Shown here: positions 43,211-56,700 of the stretch, in pieces | Numbering within the stretch: position 1 is the first letter of the stretch | How the letters are laid out: the number at the start of each line of letters is the position of its first letter | Source of the DNA: Camelus dromedarius | Lineage: Eukaryota | Assembly (NCBI RefSeq): GCF_036321535.1 | Contig: NC_087437.1 | Location: 34,288,001 to 34,352,000 of the forward strand | Direction: 5' to 3' | Length of the DNA: 64,000 bases | Translations under genes and position numbers: made by a program | The notes under the pieces: model-generated | The model's input: the letters and a program-made list of their open reading frames with translations, nothing else | The model's database searches: none | What the model was told of the DNA's origin: nothing

Positions 43211-46200
43211 ATTTATTTTCTTTTACTTACAGAATTCACTTTTAATTTTATGGCAAAAGTTATTCTATGGAAGATATTTAGGCTAGCCATCACACTAGAG
43301 ATGGTCACTCTTCCCCACTCCTAGCTAAGCTCCTTCATTGTCTTGCTATCATCTAGTTCTTTCTTTCTTTGTGTATTGTTCTTTTCCTGCTTTGGATTTT
43401 TAGCAGATGTTTTCTCCAAAACACATCTCTTAGAACTCCAGGTTACTCTTTGCTGTGATTTAGTATTACTCCGGTTATGCCTTAGCTTTTTGCACAAAAT
43501 TTTTGGTAAAACAGTATTTTCCAAAGTGTTTCCTTTTTATTCTGTTTGCACCTGGCTTCTATGGGTTTCCAGTTTTGAAACAGGTGGTTTCTCCTTTTTA
43601 TATGCACTAAATGACTGTAAACATATTTCTCTTCGCTCTTCTCTATAGAATTTCCTCTGTCACACTGGGCAAAGATCAAATCTTTGCATCTCTCTAGCAA
43701 ATACTTTAATTTTTCTAGATTTCAAACACAATAAATCTTGACTTACCTCTTTGACTACTGCTTCCTCACCTAGATTTTCTCTGGACAGATCGGCAGCATT
43801 TTTCTCCCTATTTTTGCCTAAAGATGTGTTCTCTGCTCTGTTTATAAGAGCAAAGAATTAGGCCCTTGCATCTTAGTAGTGGCACGGACCTTATTTGGGC
43901 TTCCAAACCTGAAGCACATTATTTCTCCATTGACTGCTATGTCTTTGTGCATCTAGACTTTTCCACAGGCACCTTTGTGGTTTCCTCTGTGTCGGTCATA
44001 TCTTTTCTCATTCTTTTTCACAGACATTCTATTTGTTGTACTAGATTAAAGATCACATCCTTCTGTCTTTGTAGGGAAGACCATATTTGAGCCTCCAGGC
44101 CTAAAAGATAAATTGATTCACCATTGATTGCTGTATTTTTTTTTTTTTCACATTCTTACGGATTTTCTACATGGGCTCTTCTTCAACTTCCTCTGTATGT
44201 AGCATCTCTGACTACTGGGTTGAACAGATACCTCTAACTTTTCTTTTATTCTGCTTTGAGTTGATGTTGAAGAATCCGCCCTGCATTATTCAAGATTTTA
44301 CCTGAGGAACTGTCAACAGTTTGATCTTCTGCCTCTTTGTTGGCAACATTTATTTCATTAAACAAAAGATTAGCATCTTCCAGATTTGCTTCTGTTTTGT
44401 TTTAGTTTGTATGAATTTTCTCTTCTGTATTGACCAAAGATTTTACCAGGTCAAAATTAATTTTCATTATCTTCCTGGGTCCTAAAAGTATCTTCTCGTC
44501 GTTTGTAGATTTAACTTTCCTCTTGCAGATTTTTCACTGTTTGTCACCTTTCTACATGAGCATAACCCCTGATGAACTAACCAAGCTATCAGATTCCTGT
44601 AGCTTTATACCAGCTTTACTTCTCCCCTCAGTGTTACAGTCTGTCTTCTGCTTCATAGCTCCGTCTTCTGAGTATTTCTCTTGGAAGCTCTTCACAGGAT
44701 TCTTTTCACCTTTATTTGAATCTTTTCTGTTGATGTAAGCAACTGAGACTCAAGTTCTGTAGCAGTACTATATCTGCGTCTGGGATGTAGGGTTATTCCC
44801 TGACTCAGCTTTTCTTTAAAATTAAACTCATATTTCTTTACACATATCTCTCTTCGCACATTGCCTTTTTGAGTAGGCAAATGTTCAGATATTTAAAAAT
44901 CTTTTTTAGGTTAGATCTTGTTCTTTGACTAACTCTAGCTTGCGTGCTCTTTGGCCACATGTCTTCAATTTCAGAGGCATTTATTTTGGATTCATATCCA
45001 CAAGGCTTACAAGAGTTCTCTTGACTGAGATCTCTGGGTCCATCACTGAATCAAACATTTCTTCAAATCCACTGTTGACAGCTTCCAAACATCATGTCTT
45101 CTGCTTGGATTCTCCCAGAAGAGTCTGCATTCCAAGAAGTCTTCAACTGCATTTTTCTTTTTTCTTGATGGTTTCAATATAGTACATCTTGGTTCCTAAT
45201 GTACAATATGGTACTGGTAACTTCTGGCTCCAGGCTTTCTCTTGATGTTTTAAAAAAAGTTTTGTATGGTCTTCTTCATTGTCTTTTGATAAAAAAAAAA
45301 TGTACACTCTGTATATGTTCTAACATTTTTTTCTATGACTTGGTTTTTTTGAGTAGTATTTCTTTTATTAGAGATGTTTTAGGTTTTTCTTGTAATTTCT
45401 CTGATATATCTGAATCCTTACTAAGGGTTTCCTGTGAACAAGTTTTTAGAATTCAGAGCTGCCTTCACTATCGTAATGTCTGCCAGATCTTCTGCTGGAT
45501 GTACCTTAGACATTTTCCCAAGTTTCTTCATGCCTCCAGGGTTTTCTGTCGATTCACAGATCTGCTCTGCAGTTGTCCTGAGGTCAGTGAGAAGAGTTGC
45601 ATTGTATTACAGTTCTGCAAATTGTAGGAAACCAAGTCTTCTACTTTGATTTCCCTTTTCTTTAGTTCTGTCTGTTGGTGCCTGTTGGGTTTTCCGTGGA
45701 CTCAGTCTTTTCTACCGAAGTCCTCAGAAGTCTTTTGATTGTTGTCAGGAGTTCAGCTGATGCACATTTCTCCCTGGGAACTGTCCTGAGTTTCTTACTG
45801 TCTTGTGTTCTGGTCCACAATTTGCTGTGGAGTTTTCATAGGGCCCTTGGTTCCTGTTGGGTCTCCCACTGGTCCTGCCCGATCTTTACGCATCCTAAAC
45901 TATCTTTCTTTTAAACCTATGAGGCTTTCACCTTTTCTACATTTCCACTGGGGGGACAGGGAGTCCTTGTTGCTTCCACTCTCTGCTTGTTTTGCCCCTT
46001 TGGTGTTTGTGTAAGCTCTTTGATGCCTGTCAGATATTCTTCCACGGAGTCTGCGTTTCCCTCTGCTGTTCCCAGCAGTCTCCTGAGTATTCTTAGATTT
46101 TCTTCTGGTTCTCCTTTGCGCTCGGAGTGTTCCTATGCGTTTTGTGAATATCATCACCATTTATTTATTCCTCCGGTCCTTTTGGTGTTTGCAGGAACTC

Positions 46201-46685
46201 TCGGGTATCTGCCAGGTCTTCCAGGGTTCTGGTTTTACTTTAGGTGTTCTCAGCAGCCTCCCAATGCCTATTAGATTTTCTGCTGGTTCTGGATTCTGCT
46301 TTCAAATGTTCCTAAGCTTTCTGTGAACATTATCATCATGTGTTGTTTCCTCTGGTTCTTCTGGTGTTTACAGAATCTCTGTGAGAGCAGCCAGGATTTT
46401 CATTAGTTCTGGTTACATTTGGGTGTCCTCAGCACTCCCGTGAGGATTCTTAGGGTGTTTGCTGGGTCTGGTTTGTGCTTTGGTGTGCTCCTAAGTTTTC
46501 AGTTGACATTATCTCCATTTATTTTTTCCTATTTCTTTTGGTGTTTGCAGGAGCTCTCTGACACCTGCCAAATCTTCCACAGGCTCTGCCTTTTCTTCCG
46601 GGGTTTCCAGTGTTTCCTGAGGACTGTTAGAGTTTCCATAGGTTCTGGATCCTACTCTGGAGTGTGCCTAAGCTTTTTGTGGATG
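43211..46685 (-). pseudogene. MKI67: 5'-truncated processed pseudogene of MKI67 (Ki-67): last repeats, C-terminal domain, short 3'UTR and A-tail
   Basis: Minus-strand translation gives TPEEKAEPVEDLAGVRELLQTPK and related repeats (Ki-67 motif TPKEKAQALEDLAGFKELFQTP). The C-terminus reads KSQQRVTWSSKRC..NPKQEKNN..KKERTR**QDNEGA* versus Ki-67 KSVQRVTRSVKRCAENPKKAEDNVCVKKIRTRSHRDSEDI*. ATTAAA is followed by an A-rich tail at ~43204-43224. TSD-like c[c/t]taattttattt at 43198-43210 and 46686-46698. Many stops and frameshifts. Confidence 0.85.
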
Positions 46686-47394
46686 CTTAATTTTATTTTA
46701 ATAAACATCTGTAATCTGTCTATAATTAATCATTTCTTAAGTTAAGTCCTGAAGTTTATAGTACTATGTTTGCATTCTGGTAGTTCACTTTGATAAGTTA
46801 AATATCATTATTTCTAGCATGCTCTGATTTAAAGTTTGGTAACAATTTACATTTTAGCCTGTTTTGCAAAGAATAAAATAGAAGCATGTGCACCACTTTT
46901 GATAGAATCTCAGCAGTTGCCTAGGGGGGAAGGTGACACTTTTCATTTGCTATCTGATGATTATCACAGTAATAACTGTAATTCACTGAATGCTTACGCC
47001 AAGCACTGTGCTAGGCATTTTACATGTATTATCACATTTAAAATTCATAACAGGAGGAGCTAAGGATTATTAGTCCCATTTTACAGAAGAGGAAAGTGTA
47101 GCCCAGAGAGGTCAAGTGGTGTGTCCCAAGTCACGTGATTGATACGTGGATGATCCAGGGGGCAGATCCAGCCCGTCTGACTCCAGAGCTGGGACTCTCA
47201 ACCATTAAACTTCTCAGCATGCTATTAACTTAACTCCACAGAATATCGCATAGTTAGAGCTGTAGCTGTAGCCTCATGGCATCATGTAGCCTCATGGCAT
47301 CATATAGCATCACTTTTTTAATCACAAGCGAATAAGGTAGCTATTGTTTTGTTATTTGCTGTTGAAAGGAAGTATTATTAAAAATACAAGAGAA

Positions 47395-47543
47395 GGGGAG
47401 GATATAGCTTGCGTGGTAGAGCACATGTTTAGCATACACAAGTTCCTGGGTTCAATCCCCAGTACCTCCTCTAAAAATAAATAAATAAGTAAACCTGATT
47501 ACCTCCCCCTAAAAATTAAAATAAATAAATAAATAAATTTTTT
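47395..47543 (+). mobile_element. Vic-1-like SINE with a perfect 15-bp TSD
   Basis: TSD aaaaatacaagagaa at 47380-47394 and 47544-47558; B box ggttcaatcc. Confidence 0.93.
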
Positions 47544-49459
47544 AAAAATACAAGAGAAACTGGGCGGGAAATCTTAGTGACTCAACAGTTATTTGTGGGA
47601 ATGCAGAAATGGTTCATGGATAAAATCTGAAATGGTCAACAAAACCAACTCAGATGCCATTTTTTCCCATTTCATTCAGCTGGTTCCTTCAGCGCCAAGT
47701 GTGCCTCCTCTTTGGTCTGGCTTTATTAACTTTAAAAATGGGAAAACATTGCTTTAAAACAGCTGGTAAATCTTTTCCAGTATTTAAAAAAAAGAGATTT
47801 TTGCATGCTCAGCATCAAATGAGAATCATAGAGGCCTTATGTTACAACTGAACACCCAGTGCCTGCTAATATCAAAGCAAGGACAAAAATAGCTTCCTAC
47901 ATGAAGATTCTGTTTATACGCTTGTGGTGGAATGTGATTGTTAAGACCTCACAATAGATATAGAATAACATGGTGGTTTAGAGTTGGACTGCCTGGGTGA
48001 CTCTCTGGGCTCTAGATTTACTAGTTATGTGACCACAGCGAGTTACTGAACTTCTCTAAGCCTGTTTTCTCATCTGTCAAGTGGGAAGAGATGGCTGTAC
48101 TGCATCGTAAGGTAATGTACAGAAACACTTCACACTGTGCCTGGGACATAAACATGTATTTCAAGTGCCAGCACACATACATTGGTTGATGCTGGGTTCT
48201 TGGTAAGAAATTCAGATAAACTTGTAGAAATCCAAAAACTTTTCCAGTTAATCATGAACATTAATGATTTGAATTAAGAATAGAAATATTTTTGATGAAA
48301 AACAGAAATGACCTTTACTTAAAAATCCCCAAACTGTCAGCTGGTCTTAATGTCTGGTTTTGGTGAGATGACACACTGTGGGTGAAAGTTTGAGTAGGAA
48401 AACAGAAATGGGATTTGGGCAGCAAAGGAGGATGAAGAATGGCAGACAAAATAAAATGGGAAGGGCTGAGAGTGTGGATATCTTGATGTCAAGGAGCAGG
48501 TGTAGTGGGAGAAAGGTAAGAAGTGCTAGGGAGATGGGCCATTGGAGTAGGAGGAGATTGGGATCCTGGACCTCAAGACTTCATAGATGGAGAAGCAGTG
48601 GGTGAGGACAGGTTGAAGCAGTGGCCTTGGAAGTGGGTCCTGGAGAGTGGACATCAGGGTTGCAGCAGTAGAGGAGGGCCCAGGTTGCTGGGGGAATAAA
48701 AGGTGAGGCAGGTAGAGGAGGCAAGTCTAGCAATGTGGGCAAAGGCACTGGCCCAGTGGACACTGAAACCCACCCCAGGTATGATGGAACTGAGTCTGAT
48801 ATAAAGGCTTTTATTTTCTAACTTTTAGTCTGAAGAAGAGATAGCCAAGGGAAAATAACTGTCATTAAATATTGAAGGCCAACTTGTAGAAATGGAATTA
48901 ATCTTGTTTTACAGGACTCCAGAAGATAGAACTTAAAGGTTAAAAAAAAAAAAAAAACCTACAAATACATCAATTATCCCAGCCAGCCAGCCAGCCTTCT
49001 GTAATTTACACCAAAAGAGATTTGAGGTAATTTATAAGAAGGTCACACCAAACAGGACCCCAAAAAAGTAAACGAAGAAACCAAGGCGAAGGGGAAAAAC
49101 AAAGTTGGAAAAATAAGGCCATACCTTGCTTCTGAGCTTTGTAGTAGGAAATACAAACAAAAAGCAGATGAGTTAAAGGATTTAGTGTTTGTAAGTCAAA
49201 ATCAGAGCAGCCGCTTGAGAGAGTCACAAATCTTCCTTGTACTGAGATCTAGGAGAAGCTTCTCCTGTGAGTTTTCATAAGGAAGATGCTATAATGTCAA
49301 GAATAACATATTCAACCATCTTTACTAAATACGTTCCGTAGGGCTTTTCAAAAGGAGATCTTCAGTATAGGCCAATGGCATAACATTGTAGCTCACAATA
49401 ATTTTTCAAGAGGTCTAAATAATGTAGTACAGGGACTCTTAACTCCTGATGCCTTTTTC

Positions 49460-50060
49460 CAAAGGAAATAAAATCACTCTCTCAAAATGATATCTGCCCC
49501 ACCCACCATGTTCACTGCAGCATTATTTACAACAGCCAAGACGTGGAAACAACCTAAGTGTCCATCAACAGATGAATGGATAAAACAATTGTGGTATATA
49601 GGTACAGTGGAATGTTATTCAGCCATAAAAAGAAGGAAATCTTCCTATTTGTGATTACATGGATGGACCTTGAGGGCATTATGCTAAGTGAAATAGGTCA
49701 GACATACATGTCTCACTTATATGTGGAATCTAAAGACGTCAAACTCCAATACAGAGAACAGATTGGTAGTTGCCAGAGGCTGGGGATGGGGGCTGGTGGT
49801 GGTGGAATGAGTGAAGGTGGTCAAAGGATACAAACTTCCAGTTATAAATTACATAAGTCCTGGGGATCTAAGGTATAGCATGGAGACTATAGTTAACAAT
49901 ACTGGGCTATGTATTTGAAAGTTGCTATCTGTGATGATGGTTGTAACCTCGACTTATTGTGGCGATCATTTCACTATATATACCTATATCAAATCATTAC
50001 ATTGTACACCTAAAACTAATACAATGTTATATGTCAATTATATTTCAATCGAAAAAAATA
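49460..50060 (+). mobile_element. L1MA-like ORF2 end and 3' UTR
   Basis: atgttcactgcagcattatttacaacagccaag...tggatggaccttgagggcattatgctaagtgaaata...ttgtacacctaaaactaat. Confidence 0.9.
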
Positions 50061-51089
50061 AGCACTTCGCAAGAAGCAGTGGGTGGTGTCAAGTCTAGGA
50101 CCAGGTTTTCGAGGCTTCTGGCCCCAGATCCAATGCTTACTAAGTCTGTGATTCCAGTTGAATTGCTTAACTTCTCTGTGCCTCAATTTCTACTTCTGAA
50201 AAGGAAGTTAACAGTAGTACATCAGAGGGTAAAGCTCTTAGAGCCTGGCACCCAGTCAGGACTGTGTGTAAGGTGGTTGGTGCTCCTATTGTGAGTAGAT
50301 TTGAAAGAGGGGAAGGGTCAAGTTTGACTTTGAGGCCGTGAAAAAAATTTTTCTGCATTGAGTTTTGAGGAATCCCTGAATTCCAGAATGTGTCCAAAGC
50401 AGACCTTTGAGAAGTATACACACACACACACAAAAGCCCTAAAATGCACATAACTTTGATGTAGCAGTTCTTCCACTGGGAATCTAGCCCATGAAAATAA
50501 TCAAGGTCCTGTGCAAAGGTAGGATTACAGAGATACCTGTTGAAGTACTAAAGATTACCTAATTATCCAATCGTGGGACACTGATTAAATAAACACTGCT
50601 TCATTCATACAAAGGGATATTCTGCAAACTTTAAAATGATGTAATAAAACATCTATTAATATGGAAATATGTTTATGACATAATGTCATTAAGTGAAAAG
50701 AACTAGTTAGTACTAAAATCATATTACAATATAAACACAGACACATGGGAAAAAAATTCAGTTTAAAAATCCATCTTTTATGCCATTACACTGAGATACT
50801 CCAACAAATGTACCGAACTCTGAGATACTCCAACAAATGTGTAGAATCTTCCAGTCTTTTTTTGCTTAAATTTACTTTTGTTGCTTAAATTTTCAATTAC
50901 TCAGGTAAAAGCAAATGCATCTTCCTTTTTAAAAAAGGACATTACAGCAAACTCCCAAAGTCTCTCACACCTCTGTTCACTCAGCCCCTGCTCACTCCTC
51001 CAATATCCTTCCAGAATATTCTCTGTGTATTCTTACTACACATAGATATATTCACAGTAAATATATATATGTAGTACTGGTTTGTACCT

Positions 51090-51960
51090 ATGGTTTTTGT
51101 TTCTATGCAATTTATCACACGTGTGGGGCTTCATGTAACCACCGCCACAATCAAGATGCTGTTCCATCACCACAGAGCTTTCTGCTGACCCCTTAAAGCC
51201 TTACAGCCACACCCACCCTCTCCTTCTCATGAATCCTTAACCCCTGGGATTCACTAATCTGTTCTCCATCTCTGAATTTTATTATTTCAAGAATGTTATT
51301 TAAATGGAATCATTCAGTGAGTAATCTTTTGAGGTTTTTTTTCCACTCAGCATAACTCGCAGAGATCTATCCAAGTTGTGTAGAGCAATGGTTTTCTTTT
51401 ATCAACTGAGTAGTTTACCATGATATGGATGTACCACAGTTTGCTAAACCGTTCACCCACTGAAGCACATTTTGGGTTGTTTTCAGTTCTTGGCTATTAC
51501 AAATCGAGCTACTGAACATTTGTGTGCAGCTTTTCGCATGAATGTAAGTTTTCACTTCTCCAGGATAAATGCCCAAGGTGCAATTGCCAGGTCGTATGGT
51601 ACATGCATGTTAATTTTGCGAGAAACTGCTGTACTTCTTTCGTTAGTAGCTGTCCCATTTTATATTCCAATGGGCAACATAAGAGTGATCCAGTTTCTCT
51701 GCATCCTTGCCAGCATTTGGTGTTATCACCAGTTTTTATTTTAACCATTCTAATTGTTGTAGCTGTAATTCACATTTCTTTAATGGCTCAGATGTTGAGC
51801 ATCATTTCATGTGCATAATTTGCCATCTGCATATGCTCTTTGATAAACTGTTCATGTCTCTTGCCCATTTTCTAATTGGGTTGTTTGTTTTTTACTGTTC
51901 ATATTGGACAATTCTTTTTATATTCGAGTGCAAGTCCTTTGTTAGATATGTGGCTTGCAC
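51090..51960 (-). mobile_element. L1 3' fragment (L1MB-like)
   Basis: Antisense ORF2 C-terminal relic KTGDNTKCWQGCRETGSL (ORF 51509..51748). Confidence 0.85.
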
Positions 51961-53779
51961 TCCCACTCCCTCACTATTTAAGAGCCATTTTGTTTTTATC
52001 GGGACGATACATGCACATATTTAAGTAAGCGCATAGTTCTATGAGGCTTGTGAAAAACAGTGAGAATGGACTCCTTCTCAATCTCCCTCTCCCCCAAAGC
52101 AACCATTTTCAGCTCCTTTAGCTGTCTTTTTAAGTATTTACTGCCACATCACTAAATAAAATGTTTATTATTTCCTGATTTTGGGGGGGGGCTGGCATTA
52201 CCTATTGCCTTTCTGCTATGAAAAATGAAGATGTAGTTCTTTTTCACCCTTCCATTCATCCCCACCCAACATATGTACCCTAAGTCCTTCAAAACAAATC
52301 TACAACCTCATTCCACAATTCTAAATCCAAAAATTTTTTCATAATTGATGCAACCTGAACTCATTAGGCAGCAAAACCTGATAAGAAGCTACTTCTAATC
52401 TTTATTCACAATGCTTAATGTAAATGTTCATGTGTTGCACTGCAGAAATGGTAATATGTTTGATTAGGGAGTGACAACTGAGACCCTTCTGGGGTTGTTC
52501 TGTAATAAATGATCTATGAGCTGTATATTACCAACATTTTTTTTGCATATCCACTGTATTTCTTAAACAAATTTGAATTCAGAAACATTTGGCCCAAGGG
52601 TTTCAGATACGGGATTGTGGACCTGAATAGTTACAATTCAGTTAGATAAATATTCAGTGTTTACATTATTATGATTATGTAAATAAATTCCATTCACAGG
52701 TAAGCCATGTTCTGTACGATGATGAATATTAATGTCAAAACAAGCAGAATTACTTTTGTCGATTAGCAGATTTTAAACTGGGTTAAAGAGGGGTCACATA
52801 GCTCTTTTAATAGGAATTTTATTTGGTGATTTTCCTGTATGTTATTTAGGGGAAATCGAAATTGAGCATCACTTCCTTGGAGTGTTTGCTCAAATTGCAC
52901 TTTCTCAGGGACACCATTTTCATACACACTATTTAAATTCACATCCACCCATCATCTTCCTTTGTGCTTTGTCGCTTCTCATTTGTATCTTAAATATGAT
53001 TTTTTTTTTTTTTTGCTTATTTGTTTATGGTCTGTCTCCTTCCCATTAAAATGTCAGTTTCATGAGAGGGCAGGAATATTTCTCCATTTTGCTCACTACA
53101 ATGCCTCTGTCACCTAGAACAGTCCCTGGGCCACAGGAGGTGCTCAAGAGTGATGTGATTGATAAGTGAATTTTGCCATTTGAAATGTAGGTAGTCATCA
53201 AGAATGAGGAAAAAAAAGATTTTATTCTGGGGAGGCAAGTGCCACAAAAAAGGAATTTTGTTAACTTTAAATTATAATTTTAAAATTCTGTTTCTCTAAT
53301 AATTTTGACTAAATAATGTTACTAGACTTAGAAGATAAAAGCTTTAGTTTTATTGTAAATACTAGCTAGTATTTTCTTTTAAGTCAAGGACAAATTCATT
53401 ATAGTCTGGAATCCATTAATGTAATCATTTTTGGATTACACTTGTGACACAGATAGCTATTTAGAACAGGCAGCAGGTGGAGGAAAAATTCCATTTTGTT
53501 GTGCATATTTTCATCTACCTTAACAACCCAGAAAATGAAGAGAAATTAATACTATGCTAATGGTAGATATTGAAAGGCAAGGGAGAGAGAACACTGGAAA
53601 ATTGGCAGTAGATTCTACTATTATGAGTATATAAAAATTCTAATTTAATCCCCTAGCACATTATAAATATTACTTAATCTCTATGAGAGTACATTCCAGC
53701 ATTTACTGCAGGCATGTGGATACCTAAGGAAGGGCAAAATATTAGGAAATATACTAAACATATAATCCCTTGGCTATTG

Positions 53780-56700
53780 TGATCTGTACCTGCTAAAATG
53801 AGTCAAAGAGACTGCTGGGCTGGATCTTCATCCAGAACTGAGCTCAGGGCTGCCGCTAGCCTCAGACCTGCCCCCAAAGGGGACAATTATGCTGGGACAA
53901 TAGAAAGCACCTGCAAGACCTTTGGTCACCTTTGGGGTGGGGAGGCGGGGTAAGCCCATTGAAATCGGAAGGTATACTGTGTAGGAGTCCTCATTTTGTG
54001 GATACTTGTCATCAGCTCCCTGTAGAAGCCTTACTAACATGGATTGTGAGAGTGGCCAATTTAGGGGCAGTATCTTTGGTTTTGAACACTGCAGAGTGAG
54101 AGAGCACATTTGGGGGGATACAGGACCCGTGACTCAGTATGGAACAGTCAGAGATGGCGATACATGATTCTGACTCACAGCAGGTTATTCCCAGGGGAAC
54201 AGCCAGCCTAGTGATCTAAATAAAAGTTCCTATAAAGTGTGTTTACACTGAGGAGGAGGACTTCAGCTTCCTATACAGATGCCGATTGGAGCACCCCAGG
54301 TAGAGTGGCTGATGGGCTTTATATACAAACTGTGGAACTGGCTTTATGACGACAGGGCTCTTCATCCACTGAATATGCCTGTTACCCACGTCATGGCAAA
54401 TGCAATGTCTAAGGGCACCCATTTTCCATGCGCACCCCATGTAATCTTACTGCTGCAAAACTGAACAGCAGTCTGAGAAGCCTTGTCTGATTTGCTCCTT
54501 CAGCTTCCTCATCTGGGTCTTACAAATACCAAAAACATTACAGTAACAAGAAAGTGGGAGAGACAGGTGGGAGAATCAAGGGACTCACTCCAGTGGGGTG
54601 GAAACCTTCTGATGGTTGTTAAGAAATGGGATGAATAAAGTGGACATTGATGGAATTGAAACAAAAGTCTTAATACAGCACTCTTGAAATTTGGGAGGAC
54701 CTCCAGCATTAAAGGTCCCCCTCAAATTCTGCTTTATCTGTCCCAATTTGGAAGAATTTTTAAAACTGGAAGGCAAAGATTACAATAAGGAACTCATCCA
54801 GAAAATACCTGAAGTAATAGGGAGATTAATCAAGATAAAGATCGATAAAAGGGTCTCAGTCCCTTGGCTCAACCCTCCACTGGGGACCAAAAGCTTAATG
54901 CACAACAGTGAGTAAAATGGTTAGAAGGTGGGGAAGTTTCCGGGACACTCTGACCTGGTAGCCCTACGCATTGTGGTACCAAAATCTGTTGGTAAAGCTC
55001 TAATGGGAGACACAGATAGATTGAGAAGATATAGAAACTCAGTAGTGGATGGGATTCATATTCATATTCATATATAATATGAATCATGATGTTGTACACC
55101 AGAAACTAATACAACATTGTAAATCAACTATACTTCAATTAAAAAATTAAAAGGTAATAACCTTGAAACCTAAAATACCTATGGTGTCTGGTGATGTCAG
55201 ACAAATGCTCTAATGAGGAAGGCAGTGCCTAGAATTCTGCAGTAAAATAGACATGGTTTGCACAGGAATATGCTACTGGGGGAATGCAGTGTATTCATCA
55301 GTAGGCAGACTCTTTTCCCCCAGGACTGACTTTGGAATCAGGTGAGGAGCTGCTGGATTCTAGCATCACTTGGACGGTGCCCAAAAAACAGCTCTCAACT
55401 GACCGATAAATAGCTGTTTGGTTTATGGATGGCAGTTTCAACATGAACAGGCAACATTCTGTTTGGAAGGTCACCACTCTGATGGAAAAAGGTGAAAACA
55501 AGTCAGCTTGCTGAGCTACACTGCAGGCTGCTTACCCCTCTGGACTTTTACCTACTCATAGACAGTGGCCAATGATCTGGCCATGTGGTCAGGCAGAGGG
55601 CAATGGAAGATGCCCTTAAGATGCATGGCCCTATGGAAATCACTCTGGGAATTTGAGGGGTGCATTCAAGTAGGCCTCCAGAAGAAGCCCCTTCCTGCAT
55701 CAGAAGGCAATTAGAATCGACAAGCAGATACCCTAGTGTGCTCACTGAAGGCAGCCATCTGGGTCTGTGAAACAAGTGCACACTGCGGGGCTGAAGCACT
55801 CCAGAAATGGGCTGAATCTGGACTTATTTCTCTTGTATCCTCTGAGACACAAAACACCAACAAGAATTGTTCTGCCGGCCAACAAGAGACACAGAGACTG
55901 CTGATGTCTCTGGGTAGAGTCCCTGAGGGGAGATCCTTGCATAAAGCTGGCAAGTCAGGCTGATGCCGGCAGCCCAGGAAGTTAGTAGTGGGCCTCACAG
56001 GAACAGACACTGACTCTGGACTGGGCTTTGCCTACCGAGTGGTAGATGCAGAGCTCAGAGTACTGCAAAAGAACCGGGCCAGAAGATACTGCACTGATTT
56101 GGACCACCGATTTGCATCCCATTTCTTCAGACCAAGGAACACTATTTATAAATATAGGCCATCATGTCCAACATGGGCAGAGAGATCTCTTCCTCAGAGT
56201 AACAGTTTGGTAAAGAATTAGAAAGGGAATCAAAACATGGGCTGTCTAAAATGGAGGGCGGCGATCTAGGTAGGAAGGGCTGGCTTACCTGCCTCCACAA
56301 GTGTGTGCTCACCCTTAACATGAGCGGGGCTCAGGGAGTGTTCTCACTCCATAAATTCCTCTGCTGTTCTGAATGTGGGGACTTGGGGGAGGTAAGGATG
56401 CTGGTGTGACTATATTTTTTTCTTTCTTTCCCGTATCACCTTTATTTTCCTTTTTCTACTTGATGCAGTGGTCCCTGGACCATGGCTGCAAATACATTGC
56501 TGGAAGCAGGGATGATTCTTGAAAAACAAACGGTTTTAAAATCTTTGTATCAGAATTCCTTAGGGCCTGGTGGGATGGGTGGTGCTTTCACTCCATCTGG
56601 TAATATTGGGGCCAACAGTGAATACAGTTATATTGCCTGTTGGTAGAAGAGCCCACTAACCCTGTACCTATGTGACCCCATCCTATAGAATGGGAGTGGA

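Noticed and set aside
43343..46745. Cluster of + strand Phe/Leu/Ser-rich ORFs
   Set aside because: Antisense shadows of the minus-strand MKI67 pseudogene
50790..50840. Direct repeat ctgagatactccaacaaatgt x2 (also an 18-bp duplication at ~47268-47303)
   Set aside because: Simple local duplications; no array or spacer structure, not CRISPR-like
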